The notes under the pieces were generated by a model that saw nothing but the letters and a program-made list of their open reading frames with translations, searched no databases and was not told where the DNA came from. Positions 34,191 through 46,981 of a stretch of 64,000 bases of DNA are shown in pieces; the stretch's first letter is position 1; every line of letters starts with the position of its first letter. Both the position numbers and the translations under genes were made by a program. The stretch spans positions 249,337-313,336 of the forward strand of contig RHPI01001168.1 in assembly GCA_009103225.1 (NCBI GenBank). Direction: 5' to 3'. Source of the stretch: Chlorokybus atmophyticus (lineage: Eukaryota; Plantae; Mesostigma and Chlorokybus algae).

Positions 34191-37045
34191 GTGACCTTTC
34201 ACTCGATGGTGTTGTAGTTGATAGGTGGATTAAAAGCTCTCACGCCCTTGGGCGGCAACGGCGGCTCCAATGCCATCACACCCTTCCTCCATGCTTGGCG
34301 AACCTTGTCTCGAGCCCTCTATTGCCGCTGAGCACAATGTTGTGAAGCCAACTCCAGCTCTTGTGACTGAGTTTGATCCATATAGTTCAGCTCCGGAGGT
34401 CTCCCCCCCTGCATGTGTGTGGAGACACTCTCTCCCTCATCCACATGGTCATAGTACATGTCGGTGCTGTGACCAATCCATTCCTTGACTGAACGGCGAC
34501 TCAAGCACGCCCAAACAGCAGATGCGGAGGTTGGAGTCCTCTCAACACCCCCCTGCGTGATGCTCAACGGGAAGTAGGCCCTCTCACCTCCACCCACACG
34601 CCAATGCGGCCGAAAGAACCATTGTTCGATCCCATTATCGCCGCCGCCGCCGACGGGGAACAAGAAGTCTTGTCCGAGCAGCATATCATACCCCGTCGCA
34701 TGCGTGACGAGGCATTGAACGTAAAAGCAAATTGTAGCACCTCCCAACGCAGTCACGCGGATGCCATCACAGTGTCCATCGGCTGCACCGTTATGCCGCA
34801 CACAGCCTCCACAGTCCCCGCCGAGGTACAGATCATGACCAAGCATGGCTCCCACTCCTTGGGGCTGAGTCCCATCCCTTTGACAGCTCTAGCACCCAAA
34901 ATGACGGGTTGTGCACCTGTATCCACCAAGACAACACCTGGCACGAAGCCGTCTAGGCTGATGTGCCCCCCTCGAGTGTCCACCATCGCCACGTTCAGCG
35001 ATATCTACTCTCTCAAGGCCGGCCGAGGGGCAGGAAGCTGTGCCAACATCCCTCCTACACTCCTGACACCTTCCAATTTGTCTCCAAGCTGAGTGAGAGA
35101 ACTTGACGCCGACCCCTTTGACGCCGCCATCCATCCGGCCTATTTGCGCCACCATTTTCTTCATGAGACTTGCTCACATTGTCATGAGACTTTGTCGGAG
35201 CAGTCCTTGTGGTGTCAAGAGCGCTTTGCAACAGCCCCATCACGTTCCTTGCTGACTCCAAGGTCCTTCAAGCGAACAAGCGACTGCCCGACCAGCTCCG
35301 CCGCAACACTCTCTAACGGCACCGTCAACCTCAAGTTTTCTTCATGGACTTGAGCTGCGGGCTGTTGGGAAAGTGTCTTGGCACCCTCGAGAAGCTTCAC
35401 ACACATTTTTAGCAGCTCATCCACTCTCTTGTGCTCACCAACGCCACCGACACCAACATCATGTTGCGCCGCTGCCATCGCAGCCGGCTGCACTTCGCAC
35501 CCTCCAAGCGCGAACTCTCTTGCTCCAACAGGGTTGTTTGCAGCAACTTGACGTGGGCATGCGCGCAGGTGGTGCTCGTATCCTATCATGATCCACACCC
35601 TCCTCGCAGATGAGTGCGGCCTCCTCCTCGACCATCCTAGTCCGAAGAACTGGTGCAGCGTTTCGGCATGCCGACACTCTCGTTATCACCTTGGTGCCTT
35701 GATGAAGCGCACAATACGCAAGGTAACCTCCCGAGCTGCTTGGCTATCCTCCGCTCCTCTCTCGGGCTGTTTCCCTCGCTCAAGCATGCTCTTCAACGAC
35801 GCATACTCCGATTGCATTGCCGCCAATGCCTTTGTCAACTCCGATATTGATGGCTCTCCTCACACTCGAGTGAGCTCCAATCGCCCCTTCTTGTTGTGGA
35901 TGCAGCTCCATATGCGTACTCCAACACTTGTCATCAACATGCGCGCTATCTGATAAGATATGAGATATTTTGCAATGAGAGCACACCACTTTCTTGCAAT
36001 TCTTATAATCCCACGCAATATGGCCTTACTCTCTACACGACCAGCATTTGGCACCGACACATCTTCCACAACCATTGTTGGCGTGCTTGAGTTCCTTCTA
36101 CTTCCCACCAGCTGCCTTGCTTGCGACCGATGTTGCCGCGGGCTTGGAACAGCTCTTCTCCCCGAAATCTCAAGCAACTTCAACCCCCGACGCTGCTGGT
36201 CAATGTGCTTGAGGTACTTTGCTAAATCTTTGCCGTCTCGGCCACCTTGAAGATATCCGCAAGCATATACACGGCGAACGCGGACTGCGTGGTCAACATG
36301 GTCTCCACCTTCAGCCTCAAGTCCGCCTCCAAGTGTTAAAGGTAGACAACCGCCGGTCAATCCGTCATCACCTTGTAGTCCGTGTCCGTCAAGAGCTTGA
36401 GCATGCGCGTATTCATCATCCTAGTTGTCTCCCTGAGTCGCGCTTATGAAAGATCAGCTCACAAACCTTGGCGGTGGTTGATTGTGGGTGGGAATTTCTC
36501 AAGAGCACCTTGAACTCAGTCACGGGCTGCTCAATCTCCCACTCCGCTTCAAACGCAGCTGGTGCGCCGAGCCGCAACGCCTTCTCCCTCACCTCCAGCT
36601 GCTCGTTGAACTCTCTCCACGTGCCTCAGGCTTCAACTGTCAGGTACAAGGGTAACATCTTGAAGGCTTTGTGCGCGTCCCACCCCGACTTGTCCCGGTA
36701 CTCCTGTGTTACCATTTCGGAGTCGAAGCGGTCGATGAAGTCTCGTAGGTCCGTCGTGCCAGGCTTTCCACTAAATCTCGATGTGCTATCAATGATTGAA
36801 GCTGAATCAGGCATCACTCCAGCCTCGTTCTCGATGTTGGACTCCTTGTCACTCGACAACTCCACCTCTTTGGCAAGGCCCTCCTCCACTGGAATGTCCT
36901 TCCTTCTGATGCTCCTCTCTGCAAGGGCACCTTCGATAGGCGTGAGTGCTAGTCCTCTTTAGATTTGGTGGGCATGTACTCGCCTGCAACTCGCTTCTAC
37001 CTCGAGCAAACTCAGCTGATGGGTTGGATGCAAGTGAAAGATGCA

Positions 37046-37985
37046 TGTCCCCTTGCAACAGGTAGGCAAGACGACCACAACTTGATTTGCAATCAACCGT
37101 GCAGAGTTCAAACTCAACCCTCACAACATGTACATGCTAAGGCAGCCCATACGGTGCATCAGAGTCGCAACAATGACACACGCCTCTTTATGCACAGAAT
37201 TGCACAGCAACAAACACGTGTGCCGTGGGCTTGTGAGGCTGCTCGTCATGGCGCCGGTTGTAGAAGGAGCGTATGCAATTGTGCTAGCATGCGGCTTCTT
37301 CTCTAGCAGCATCAGCTCAATGATGCCCCAGGCGTCCAATGTGAACGTTAAGGTGTCCCCTCCAACCTCCTCGAACGCGCGCATCACGCGCACACACACA
37401 TCATACATGCAAGCATGTGCACAAGCATTTCCTCAACCAAGAACCTTTTCCCAAAAGTGTTGCTTGCACTCTAGTAGGCTCACTTGCATTCAATTGAACT
37501 AGAAAACAAGCTAGCAAAGCATTATATACCACCGTAGAGCCTAAGCCCAACCAACTCTTGAACTGCCCTAACCGCCAGTCTCTACACTAGCATAGTAACA
37601 GTCATGATGGCGTTGATAAGCAACGGTACACGGTTAGGAAAGGCTGATCCAAGCTTATCCTCTTCAAGTACACAAGACACATCCTTTGACGCCAACCCAC
37701 GGCCAAACCGTTGCTCCAACTGTAAGTTATGGCTTCTCAACGTGACAACTACAAATCAACGGTGAGATACCATAGTGACCCAAATATGCTGTCAGCTTGT
37801 TATAAGACTGTAGATACACCTCGCTTACACACCACCCTTACGTCCATGAGGACCCAAACATGGACTTCCACAAGAAAATCCAACACATAAACCCTGTAAA
37901 ATGGCTATGAGAGCCGAAATTCCAAGGTCCATACCGCCAGCCCCGAGGGCATCATGCACTTAACACTATATGCTCGCACATGACA
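37046..37985 (-). repeat. 5' LTR of the Gypsy element
   Basis: Lies upstream of gag on the minus strand and matches 27326-28103. Confidence 0.9.
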
Positions 37986-38558
37986 CTTTTTGACACATGG
38001 CATCAATGCTGCACACGTTCAGCATGTTCAACATTCACATGCATCAACACTTCACACATACATACCTCACCGACCACAACCGGGCACAATTATTGACTCT
38101 ACGCCCATCAGCTAACTACCCCACCCTGTAAGTCATGCATGCATGCATGCTGACCGAGTTACCGGCACCACGGCCACTGATTAGCGCTTCAATACTTGCA
38201 GCGGTACCAGCAGCAGCAGACCCAACGGACTCCCCCTCCTCCTCCTGTGCAAGTGCCAGTGCCACCACCTGCCATGTTTTGCCAAACCTGGACATAACAC
38301 CAGCCCTTCCTGCGCGCACACTGCCATCCATGTTTGGCAACACGTTTATGTGGTACAGCAATAGCAATTCCAGTCAGTCTGTATATATATCGGCAACTAC
38401 AGCGCATGCTCTTAAGGCATCTTCCTTTATCCCTGCGACAGCAGTGGGCAACCGCCGGGCAGACTGCGCTAACATATGATATAAACTGTTGTGTCATGTG
38501 CGAGTACACGCACACAAGCTCGCTCGCCCTCACAACACAACTTGTCTGCACAGCAGTC

Positions 38559-41500
38559 TTACTGCTGCTTTTCCTGGAGCTGGCGTATCTGCTCTGCCTG
38601 CTGTGCGAGTATTGTCTTGAGTCGGTTGACCTCCTTGGTCTCGAGGCTGCGGTTGGAGTCGGGGTTGTTGGCGACGAGCTTCACGCGGCCGGCGTAGTCG
38701 AGGCTGTTCCTTGTCTCGCCGCCGTCAGACCGCAGCGGCGACACGTTGACGATCATGAGCGTCTTGGCGTTGCCACCCAGGCTGTCGCTCATCAGTTGCG
38801 TGAGCTTGTGGTTGCGGTACGGCACGAAGGACGCGTTTGAGGTCAGAGCCGCCACCACGTCACCCAACGCGGAAAGGCTCTTGTTGATCGCGCGCGCCTC
38901 GTTGAGACGCGCTTCGCTCTCCAACGCACCCGACTTGGCCACGCGCTCCGAACCCGCTAGGTCCACAAATGTTAGCTTACCTGCACACACAGACACACAT
39001 GCACACATTACACGCAATGGCTGTTTTGTCTGGTCCCTGTGATTTGGCTGTACATAACCAAGCCAGAACATGCTCGTGGTTAGCAGTGCGCACACGCACA
39101 TATGCACACACGCACACACGGAAAGCACTGGGCTCATCACATACCTCGCGAGGTGGTGCCGGATATAAGGTTGCTGTACTCGACCAAGATTGTGAACATG
39201 AGGTGGGACCGTGAGCTCTGCAACACAAAGAGAAGACAAACACCTTGCCAATCTGACCATGCTCTCTCTTTTTAACTTTACACACCGACTCTGCTGCACT
39301 GAGCCAATGAACACAACTCACACCTGCACGTTCATCTTGGTCGAGGCAGTGCGCCTGCGGGCGATGCCGCGGTCGTACGCCGCACGCAAGTCTTCCATTG
39401 TCGCTGTGGAAGCATACACAGCGCCCTCCACACGCACCACGCCAGCCGCGTCCTTCTTCACCTCCAGCTTCGGGTTGTACTCCGAGTCCGCGGCCGACAA
39501 CAGGTCCATGAAGTTGTCCTAATGAGGACGCATCAAGCATGTGCTCAATGTTGGGTGGTGAGAGTTGTTACTGCGTGTTCATTGCCTTGTCGAGCGCACC
39601 TGATATAGCTCCAGCATAGAGCATTGAACGCTAACAGTGGATGAGCCCGGCCGAGCAAAATTAAAGATATCCTGCATCGCTCTCGGCACGATGCCAGGCT
39701 GATCTTCTTGTCCCAGTATGGTATATGTCTTTCCGGATCCTGTCTGCAATTCACAAGACAGTGGCAACATAAGGGAGTGATTCATACACAAGTCTCCAAC
39801 AATGAACAATAATCAACAGCAGTACGTGGCGAATTTGCTTGTAATTGTACCTGGCCATAGCAGAATATGCAGATGTTGTACCCATCAAAGACAGACTGTA
39901 TCAGGTCATGCGTCTCTTGATACACCTCCTCTTGAGATACGTCACCAGTAAACACATGATCGTACCTTTTGCAAAGAAGCATCATGTTGGGTTGTGACAA
40001 GCAACAACCACCAACCATTGTATGGCATGTGCGATAGATAGGCAGCCAATGACAACTTACTCGTATCGCTTGGTGATGATGGCAGTCTCTGTCGCGCGCT
40101 TCTCCTCTTGCAAGATCTCCAGCGTGTACTCGTCTGTCTGCAAGGGAGCACGCAATGTTGTGTCAGTGGGAGAAGATTGAGATTGCGAGAGGGTGGAGAG
40201 CGCAAACATACCGCCGACAGGGCGCAATCGTCGGGGCCTTCCCCACGCAGCAACGGCCTCACACGCGCCAGCACGCGTATGTTGCCCTTCATCTCACGTA
40301 TCTGGTTGTACAGCTTCTTCCTCAATATGCTCTCACGCTTCAGCTCCAGCGCTGCACGACAGGGTCAACTTGAAGCACACACGCACACAAGCACCCATGC
40401 ACCCACACACAGACACTGCTTGTACAGTGAGCGAGCTGCATGCTATGAAGACAACTTACTCAGCGTGGATAAGCGGCGCTCAGCATCGGCATACTTGTCG
40501 CGCAGTGTCTGGCCGAACGCCAGCTGCTCCCTGAGCGCCTGCGCCTCGGACTTCGCAGCGGCCAACTCGCGCTCCATCTCGATCGCCCTCAGCTCCAGCT
40601 GGTCGCGCTTCGTCCTCAGCTCCCTCACTTCCTCACGCAGAGAAGACTCCTGCTCCACCATCTTTGCGAGCTTCTCCTCCTGAGGCAAGCACAAGGCGGC
40701 AATGGGTAATCGTTCAATGGCACTGTGAGTGCATGCAAGCACACTTGCATATGTAGAGACAAACTGCGCATGTACGCGTGCCTGCTCGGCCGTGCACACG
40801 CACACTTGTATGCAGGCACCCACGCACCCACGCACACACTTGCACACGCACACGCATACGCACACACTCAGAGCGAGTATGACTGTCCCCCTACCAGGAA
40901 TGCTGCTGCTTCCGCTCCTCCTGCAGCTGCATCGCGTGCAGTGAGCTCCGCAGCATGCGCGGTTTTCCACTCTTCCAGCTGCTTGACCTGCAACACAATG
41001 ACGCAGAGCATGAGTGGTCTGCGCCTCCACACAAGGTGCAGCCAGAAGTTGTAGCTTTGCATGACAGACACCTCTTGCATCAATTCCTTCATCCGCAGTA
41101 CGGCCAGTGACTTCACTTGATCCATCTCGGTCTGGTGCGATGCCAGCGCAGCCGCCAGATGCGCCGCATGCGCCTCCGCCTGCATGCACAGACCAACTTG
41201 CATTTCCAGTCAATCACTTGCTTTTAATTGTCATACACAGCACACCGTGAGCATAACAACAGTCATGATACACGACAAACATGCGACATTCTACATCAGC
41301 TTTGACCTTTGACCACTGCAAAAGAGTCGTGTCAACCGCTGCTGGATTGCTGCCAAAACATAAGCTCACCTGTTGGGCCTGCGCAAGTTTGGTGGCCTCG
41401 AGCTCGCTTTGGAGATCCGCAAGCTCTTGTCTGCTGCGGCTGGACTCCGCCTGAGACACGACAAACACGATAGAGTATCATGACCGCACGCACAAGGTTG

Positions 41501-43985
41501 GATGAGTGTATGTGTCATACGAGCGCGTACGTGTGTGCGTGCGTGTGTGCGTGCACATACCTGCTCATTGGCAGGGCCCGTGCGCTGCTGTATATCCTGC
41601 AGTGTCATCTCACGTTGGTACTGCTCCAGCACGTCATTGAGCTCGTCATTCGCCTACACAGCAACTAGACGGTCAGTCACCACATGTACACGCCGCTGTG
41701 TTAATCACCAACATGAGAGCTTTGCGCATACAACGCACCGCGAGCAACTCCATCAGAGTGCTTTCAGGCAAGTTGTCCTGCATCAGCAGGCCCTGCATCG
41801 AGTCCGCCCACATCTGACACCTGCGGGGATTACATGTCAGTACTATTCACGTAACATACCGCACCCCAACATGAACTGCATAGCTACCACAGACACGTAC
41901 CGCTGCCTCAGCGCCTTGGCTTCTTCCAGCCCAAACCCATTCGCAGAAGAGGTCTTTAAGCCGCAAATGCAATAGTGTTAGAGCTCAACATGTGCTTCAC
42001 GCATAGTGATACCACAACAGCGCAATGCATACCAACAGTAGTTGCATGAGCGCAGATTCACCTGCGCTGCGCGCATGGCATCCCGCAGCCGCGTGACATC
42101 CATCCTTATGTGCTCCACTTTGATCTGCAGCATAAACCACAACACAACGCTCAAGCCTTGCACAAACAACGAGGACACGCTATTCTCTTGTTGCAACTGC
42201 TCTGGTCTAAAGATGATGTGTATTACCCGTTGTGGGGTGCCGGGCTGGCTGGAGTTGCGCGAGGCAGAGCCGCTCCCGAAGCTGTCTGCGTACCCTATCA
42301 CGCAGCAGCGGGTGATTAGACACTACACACACACACATTTGCATGAATGTCTGTTGCAGCTGTCGTCCTCACCATTTGAGCGCGGTGTTGTGGACTGCTG
42401 AGGCATGCTCGGCAAACCTGCCATGGTGTGACAACTTATTGCTCGACCGAAACAACAACGTGCCCACATGCTTTGATGAGACCAGATCTTACAAACTAGG
42501 AGCTCACCTGCATGCCTTGGTGCGACGGCATATGCCGCATAGTCCATCTCGTCGGAAGGGGGTGGCACTGTTATACCTGCAACAAAGCAACGGTAGTCGG
42601 TATTTGAGTCTGTGTTGCCACGTGGTGCCAGCATGTGTTGGGTGGCATTGTGCATACAACACTGGGAACTCCACCTTTGGCTGCAAGATTCTCGCAGGTT
42701 CTGCGCAGCTCCGCACTGTGTGAAGAGGAAGATGACGAGAGCGTTGGATACTGGCTGTGTGCGCAAACATGTGCATGCATACAGACGCGAACGCACGCAT
42801 GCGCGCACACAAACATTGACGCACGCACGCATGCACGCCCCCATGCATACCTTGCTGCTGGAGTCTCGACGATGGCAGCAGTCCAGTTGGCAAGCAGCTG
42901 GCAAACGAGCCGCCGGATTTGTTCATTCTGTGCAACACAAAACCCACAAGGCAAGCTGAGTCAAGCCATTGATTATGTCCCTCTCACGACAACGACAACA
43001 ACAACAAGCACTTACAGGAGAGGAGGTGGCGAGCTTGGAGAGGCGCTTCTGCCAGGGTCGCGAGGCGAGATGGAGGTGGAAGTCGGGGCCCGCGTTCTTG
43101 ACGCACACGTCGAGGACGAGCAGGGCCTTGACGGCAATGTGGTGCGCGGGGGTCTTCACGTATGGCTTAAACACCGCCAGGCAGTCCTCAGCGGCACCCG
43201 CACTCCCCGGCTGCTGGCCAGAATTAGCTCCACGTGTACGCGCACGTGCACATGAGCATGCATGTGCGTGTGCGTGTGAGTTTGCATGTGTGCACACTCC
43301 CAAACTCGAGCCCGTGTGCGAGTGTGTGCGTGCGCGTGTGGTCACCTGGACAAGGAGGTCAACGAGGCGGAAGGCGGCGTCCCAGTTGACGGCGTCGCCT
43401 GCGGCGCTAACGGCCTCCTGCAGCGCCGCCTGCAACCGCCGCTTCTGCGCGTCCCGCTGCGCCTATCCCCACACGCACAACATGCAACGCACGGTTTGAT
43501 TGCATGTGCAATGGTTTGGGTGTATGTAACACTGGACCACATGCGTGCGAGGTGGTGGAATGGAGTAACAACAACTAAACTCGTCCCAGTCACAGAGTTG
43601 AAGCACGTGACAAACATGCAAACGCACACGTGCTTGATCATCATCATCAGCGTCGTTTTCATCATCATCATCATCGTCGTCATCATCATCATCATCATGT
43701 GGACCGCAAGGCCGCTGGGGCAGCGTTGCTAACACACTGCCGCAGCAGCAACGATAAATAGTTGGGCAAGCACAAAGACAGCTGCAATGGCTTGCTTGCA
43801 GATCTGTGACACGTCCTGTGAATACGTTCAAGCTGTTCTCGCAGGCATCACAACACTGACATTGCACCACTAGCCTGCAAGGCCAAGCATCTGGTGAGGT
43901 GGTTGAGCTAGATAGATCAACCCTCCTCCCAAACACTCACCCCGCCACTGCCGGGGCTGTCGGCCAGCCCACGCAGGAGGTTCAT
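38559..43985 (-). CDS. Putative VHS-GAT (TOM1/TOL-like)-coiled coil-kinesin-14 (KCBP-like motor) fusion protein; 23 predicted exons
   Basis: An unbroken phase-consistent GT-AG chain runs from ATG 43985 to stop 38559. VHS: VNWDAAFRLVDLL, IAVKALLVLDVCVKNAGPDFHLHLAS, IRRLVCQLLANW. GAT: STLMELLA|ANDELNDVLEQY. Coiled coil, then neck RKKLYNQIREMKGNIRVLARVRP, P-loop GYNICIFCYGQ|TGSGKT, switch I MNVQ|SSRSH, switch II LTFVDLAGSER, VPYRNHKLTQLMSDSLGGNAKTLMIVNVSP. Confidence 0.85.
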
Positions 43986-44292
43986 CGCTCACAGCCTGCC
44001 ACCCTGGAGGCCTCCCTCAACGCTGCCGCTGCCGCCGCGCCCGCCTACCCTGCCCAGGACAAGCACAACCAGGTGAAGTAGTACATGTCACGCATCCCAA
44101 AAATGCAACACTGCAGTGGTCCATTTTTGACTCACACCGTGAAGGGCGTGTTTCAAAGTACGTCGACTACGTAACGGATTGGTGTAATCCAGAGGGAAGC
44201 AGGGGAGGGTGTAATTAGCGGCGGCGGCGGAGGAGGAGGTGAAGGAGGCGAGGGTGGAAGGGAAAGAAGGGAGGGGGAGAAGCCTGCCGGCC

Positions 44293-45236
44293 ATGCCTCA
44301 GAAGGCGCAGCTGTACAAAGGGCAAGGCAAGCCTGCGGCAAGCAAGGCCAAGGAGCGGCGCGACAAGCTCAGGACAAAGAAAGGTACTGCTACTCCTGCA
44401 CCGCATGGGCTTGTCCGTGTCCTCTGTGTATTAGCATTAAGCCTCTGCAACGATGTTATGTGGATGATTATTGACTGGTGGCGTGGAGCATATGCAGGCA
44501 AGTTCTTCAAGCCGGCCAAGAAGAAGGCTGCGGACTTCAAGCTCACAGAGGTATGGTATAGTAGCTCTCTTCTCGACATGCGTCCTTCATTCATTTTCAA
44601 CTATTTCTTTGTCGATTGCTCGGGACATATTTTCGCAAAATGTTTCTCAATAACAGCAGGTCTTGTACTTTGTACTTTGTCGGGTCGTTGACCCGAGGTG
44701 AAATCCTTCCCGCATGCAAACGTTGTGAGTTATTGTCCGTACCCGCTGTAGTGACAGTCTTGAGTGGTGAGTAGTTAATTACACAGCAGTGATTTACTTA
44801 TACAGCTCGTGCAGCTGCAAATGTCAGTTGGTGTTTGCAACCACCTCACACCACATCAACCAGAACCCCCAACACACCAAGTAATAATGTTTGCACACAC
44901 GCGCGTGTGCACGGGCATATTTCGCACACACGTGTGCGAAATATGCCCGCGCACACGCATGCGTACACGTGTGTCCATCAGGTTGCCTCTCCGCTCAGCT
45001 GCTAAGTGTGACAGTGGAGTGTTTAGTGAGCGGTGTTCACCCTCAGTTTGTGTGCATGTGTGCAGGAGGTCACAAAGACAATCAACCGCAGGAACGAGCA
45101 GGTGGCTGCGCAGAGGGCCGCCATGAATGGCGGTCACCTGCAGGTGCTCAAGACGGAGGAAGGGCCTGCTGAAGCCTCCACAAACAATAAGAAGAAGAAA
45201 ATCAACAACACCGCATCTTCCTCTCCTCCTCAGTAG
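44293..45236 (+). CDS. Leydig cell tumor 10 kDa protein homolog (C19orf53/UPF0390-like), small basic protein; 3 exons
   Basis: Exons 44293-44383, 44498-44550 and 45066-45236: MPQKAQLYKGQGK...RTKK|GKFFKPAKKKAADFKLTE|EVTKTINRRNEQVAAQRAAMNGGHLQVLK. Confidence 0.75.
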
Positions 45237-45989
45237 GCGCTTGGAACAGGCTTGGGAGAGGCTGCGACACTCCACTGCGCTGCCAGCGTCGTGCCACCGT
45301 GAGTGTTTAAGCCTCCGTTGTGTGATGTGAGACTAGAGGCCAAAGCGTCGTGTCTCTCTGATGGGCAACACTTGGTGGCGCGTTGACAAGTGTAAAAGTC
45401 CCCATTGCCTGGGCTAAATCAAGAAGGAGAGCCCTTATGCCTTACGAGAGGCCATCAGGCGATGGAGGTGATAGTGTTGGCAATGGACAGCGGCGGGAGC
45501 AGCAGGGCACGCACGGAAGTCGCATGACTTTTTGGCAAGTGGCTTGGGTTTGGTGTCAGAATTAGAGTGCTGTCGAAATCGGGCAACGACCAACTGCCAG
45601 TTGCAAGCAAAGATACAGCCACCCCTGTTCTACCCTGCTCTACTCAATTGGCTTTTCTGAAGGAAACCCACCACACACAGGCACACTGTGATGTCTGGCA
45701 CATGGTGCAACCGGTGGTTGACTGTAGCGGTCTGTCGCACTGGGGCAGTTGTTGGAAGTTAGGGTCAAACATACGTGTACAAAAGGAGTATGCTACTATT
45801 CTGCCTCTGCTATCGCTATGTATTTACCTGCCCAGCTGCTGCGTTGTGGTAGCTATTGCAGAATGCCTGATTACCTGCACAGCTGCAATGATGCTGTATG
45901 ATAAGATTGCCACCATGGATGCATGCGCACTAGCTGGTCATTGCAAATCCTTCCAGACCTCCTGTGGCCCAGAACCACCGCATCAATCG

Positions 45990-46360
45990 ACAACAATACA
46001 ATGCGATCAGCCGCAGTGCCAGTTGCACACAATGTGTGGTGACTACACTTTTACAGATAAATTGCTTGAACACAACCCAGTGTAGCAGTTGGTGCGCACT
46101 GCCCTGACGCAACTGCCCACTCAACAATACTGCTGTGATCAACTGCAATTGCCATGTGCACACAAGCTGTGGTGACTACACTTCAACAGATGCATTGCTT
46201 GTAACGAACCCGACGTAGCAGTTGGTGCGCTCACCCTAACCGCCCACTCAACGACACAATGCTATCGACCGCAGTGGCTATTTGCACACAATCTGTGGTG
46301 ACTATACTCCAATGGATACATTGTCTTAGTCCAACCCAAGGTAGCAGTTAGTGCGCAAGT
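45990..46360. repeat. Diverged tandem repeat, about 3 copies, ~126-133 bp period
   Basis: The core tgcacacaa..tgtggtgacta.ac recurs at 46024, 46157 and 46283, each followed by ...gtagcagtt.gtgcgc. Confidence 0.85.
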
Positions 46361-46981
46361 GGGCAGTTGCATCCCTGCTGCAACTACTTTTTAGCCAGCA
46401 TTTCTGCTAGCTGATTGCAACGACTGGAGCGAAGCAGCAGGTAGTAGCCCAGGAGGGGTTACTTCCACATCCCTCCAGTTACATGCACTGCATACCAGCA
46501 AAGCTCGTGAGCTGAGCTGTACACGTAAGGCCACATGCTGGTGCGTTGCCCCGAATGCGCAGCAGCACGTCACTGTGCTTGTATAGTGCCAGTCCAACCA
46601 CTTGCGGGATTGCTGTGTCATGACATCACACGTGATGGGCAGTCGGCAGTAGAGTTGGATGTTCTGTCTTGAGCGCAGCATACCACCTTCGCACAATGTT
46701 ACTGTTGACCACCCCCTAAATGTTGCACCGTCTTTACAATGAGGCTGGCTCAGAGGCGACATCCCACCTGCACACCTGGATGAGTGATGCTCAATCTTCC
46801 GCCTGTATACGCATGACAACGCACAAACGGCGTGCCTAGTGATTCCTCAACATGTATGCTGACATGACTGGCTTGCCCATGATCACCACGCACCTTGTAC
46901 CAGTTATTGATAACGACTTGATGGTGCATGTAGGACGTCATGCTTGCAGGGTAAATGGTGGCGTGATAATTGCCAGGGTCA

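Larger units (their letters stand above)
27166..37985 (-). mobile_element. Decayed Ty3/Gypsy LTR retrotransposon: gag-protease-C5 DNA methyltransferase-RT-RNase H-integrase-PHD finger
   Basis: LTR copies 37046-37985 and 27326-28103 (TG...CA); gag ~36900-35100 (SRFSGKPGTTDLRDFIDRF); protease VLVDTGAQPVILG ~34930; RT (MCGDYQPLNEKTKADQYPMP, YINDILV) ~31400-30480; RNase H (FILHTDWS, NYSSYEGKCLAVVWA) 30450-30030; integrase (GHFGDKRT, VLTDQGTEF) ~29600-28650. Many stops and frameshifts. Confidence 0.95.

Noticed and set aside
37000-37045. Primer-binding site of the Gypsy element
   Set aside because: The minus strand after the 5' LTR reads TGCATCTTTC..., with no clear TGG-tRNA complement; not called.
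38116-44080. Two separate genes (a TOL and a kinesin) instead of one fusion
   Set aside because: No stop codon or intergenic gap was found between GAT and motor, and all intervening exons are phase-compatible with short introns. Disfavoured, but not excluded without transcripts.
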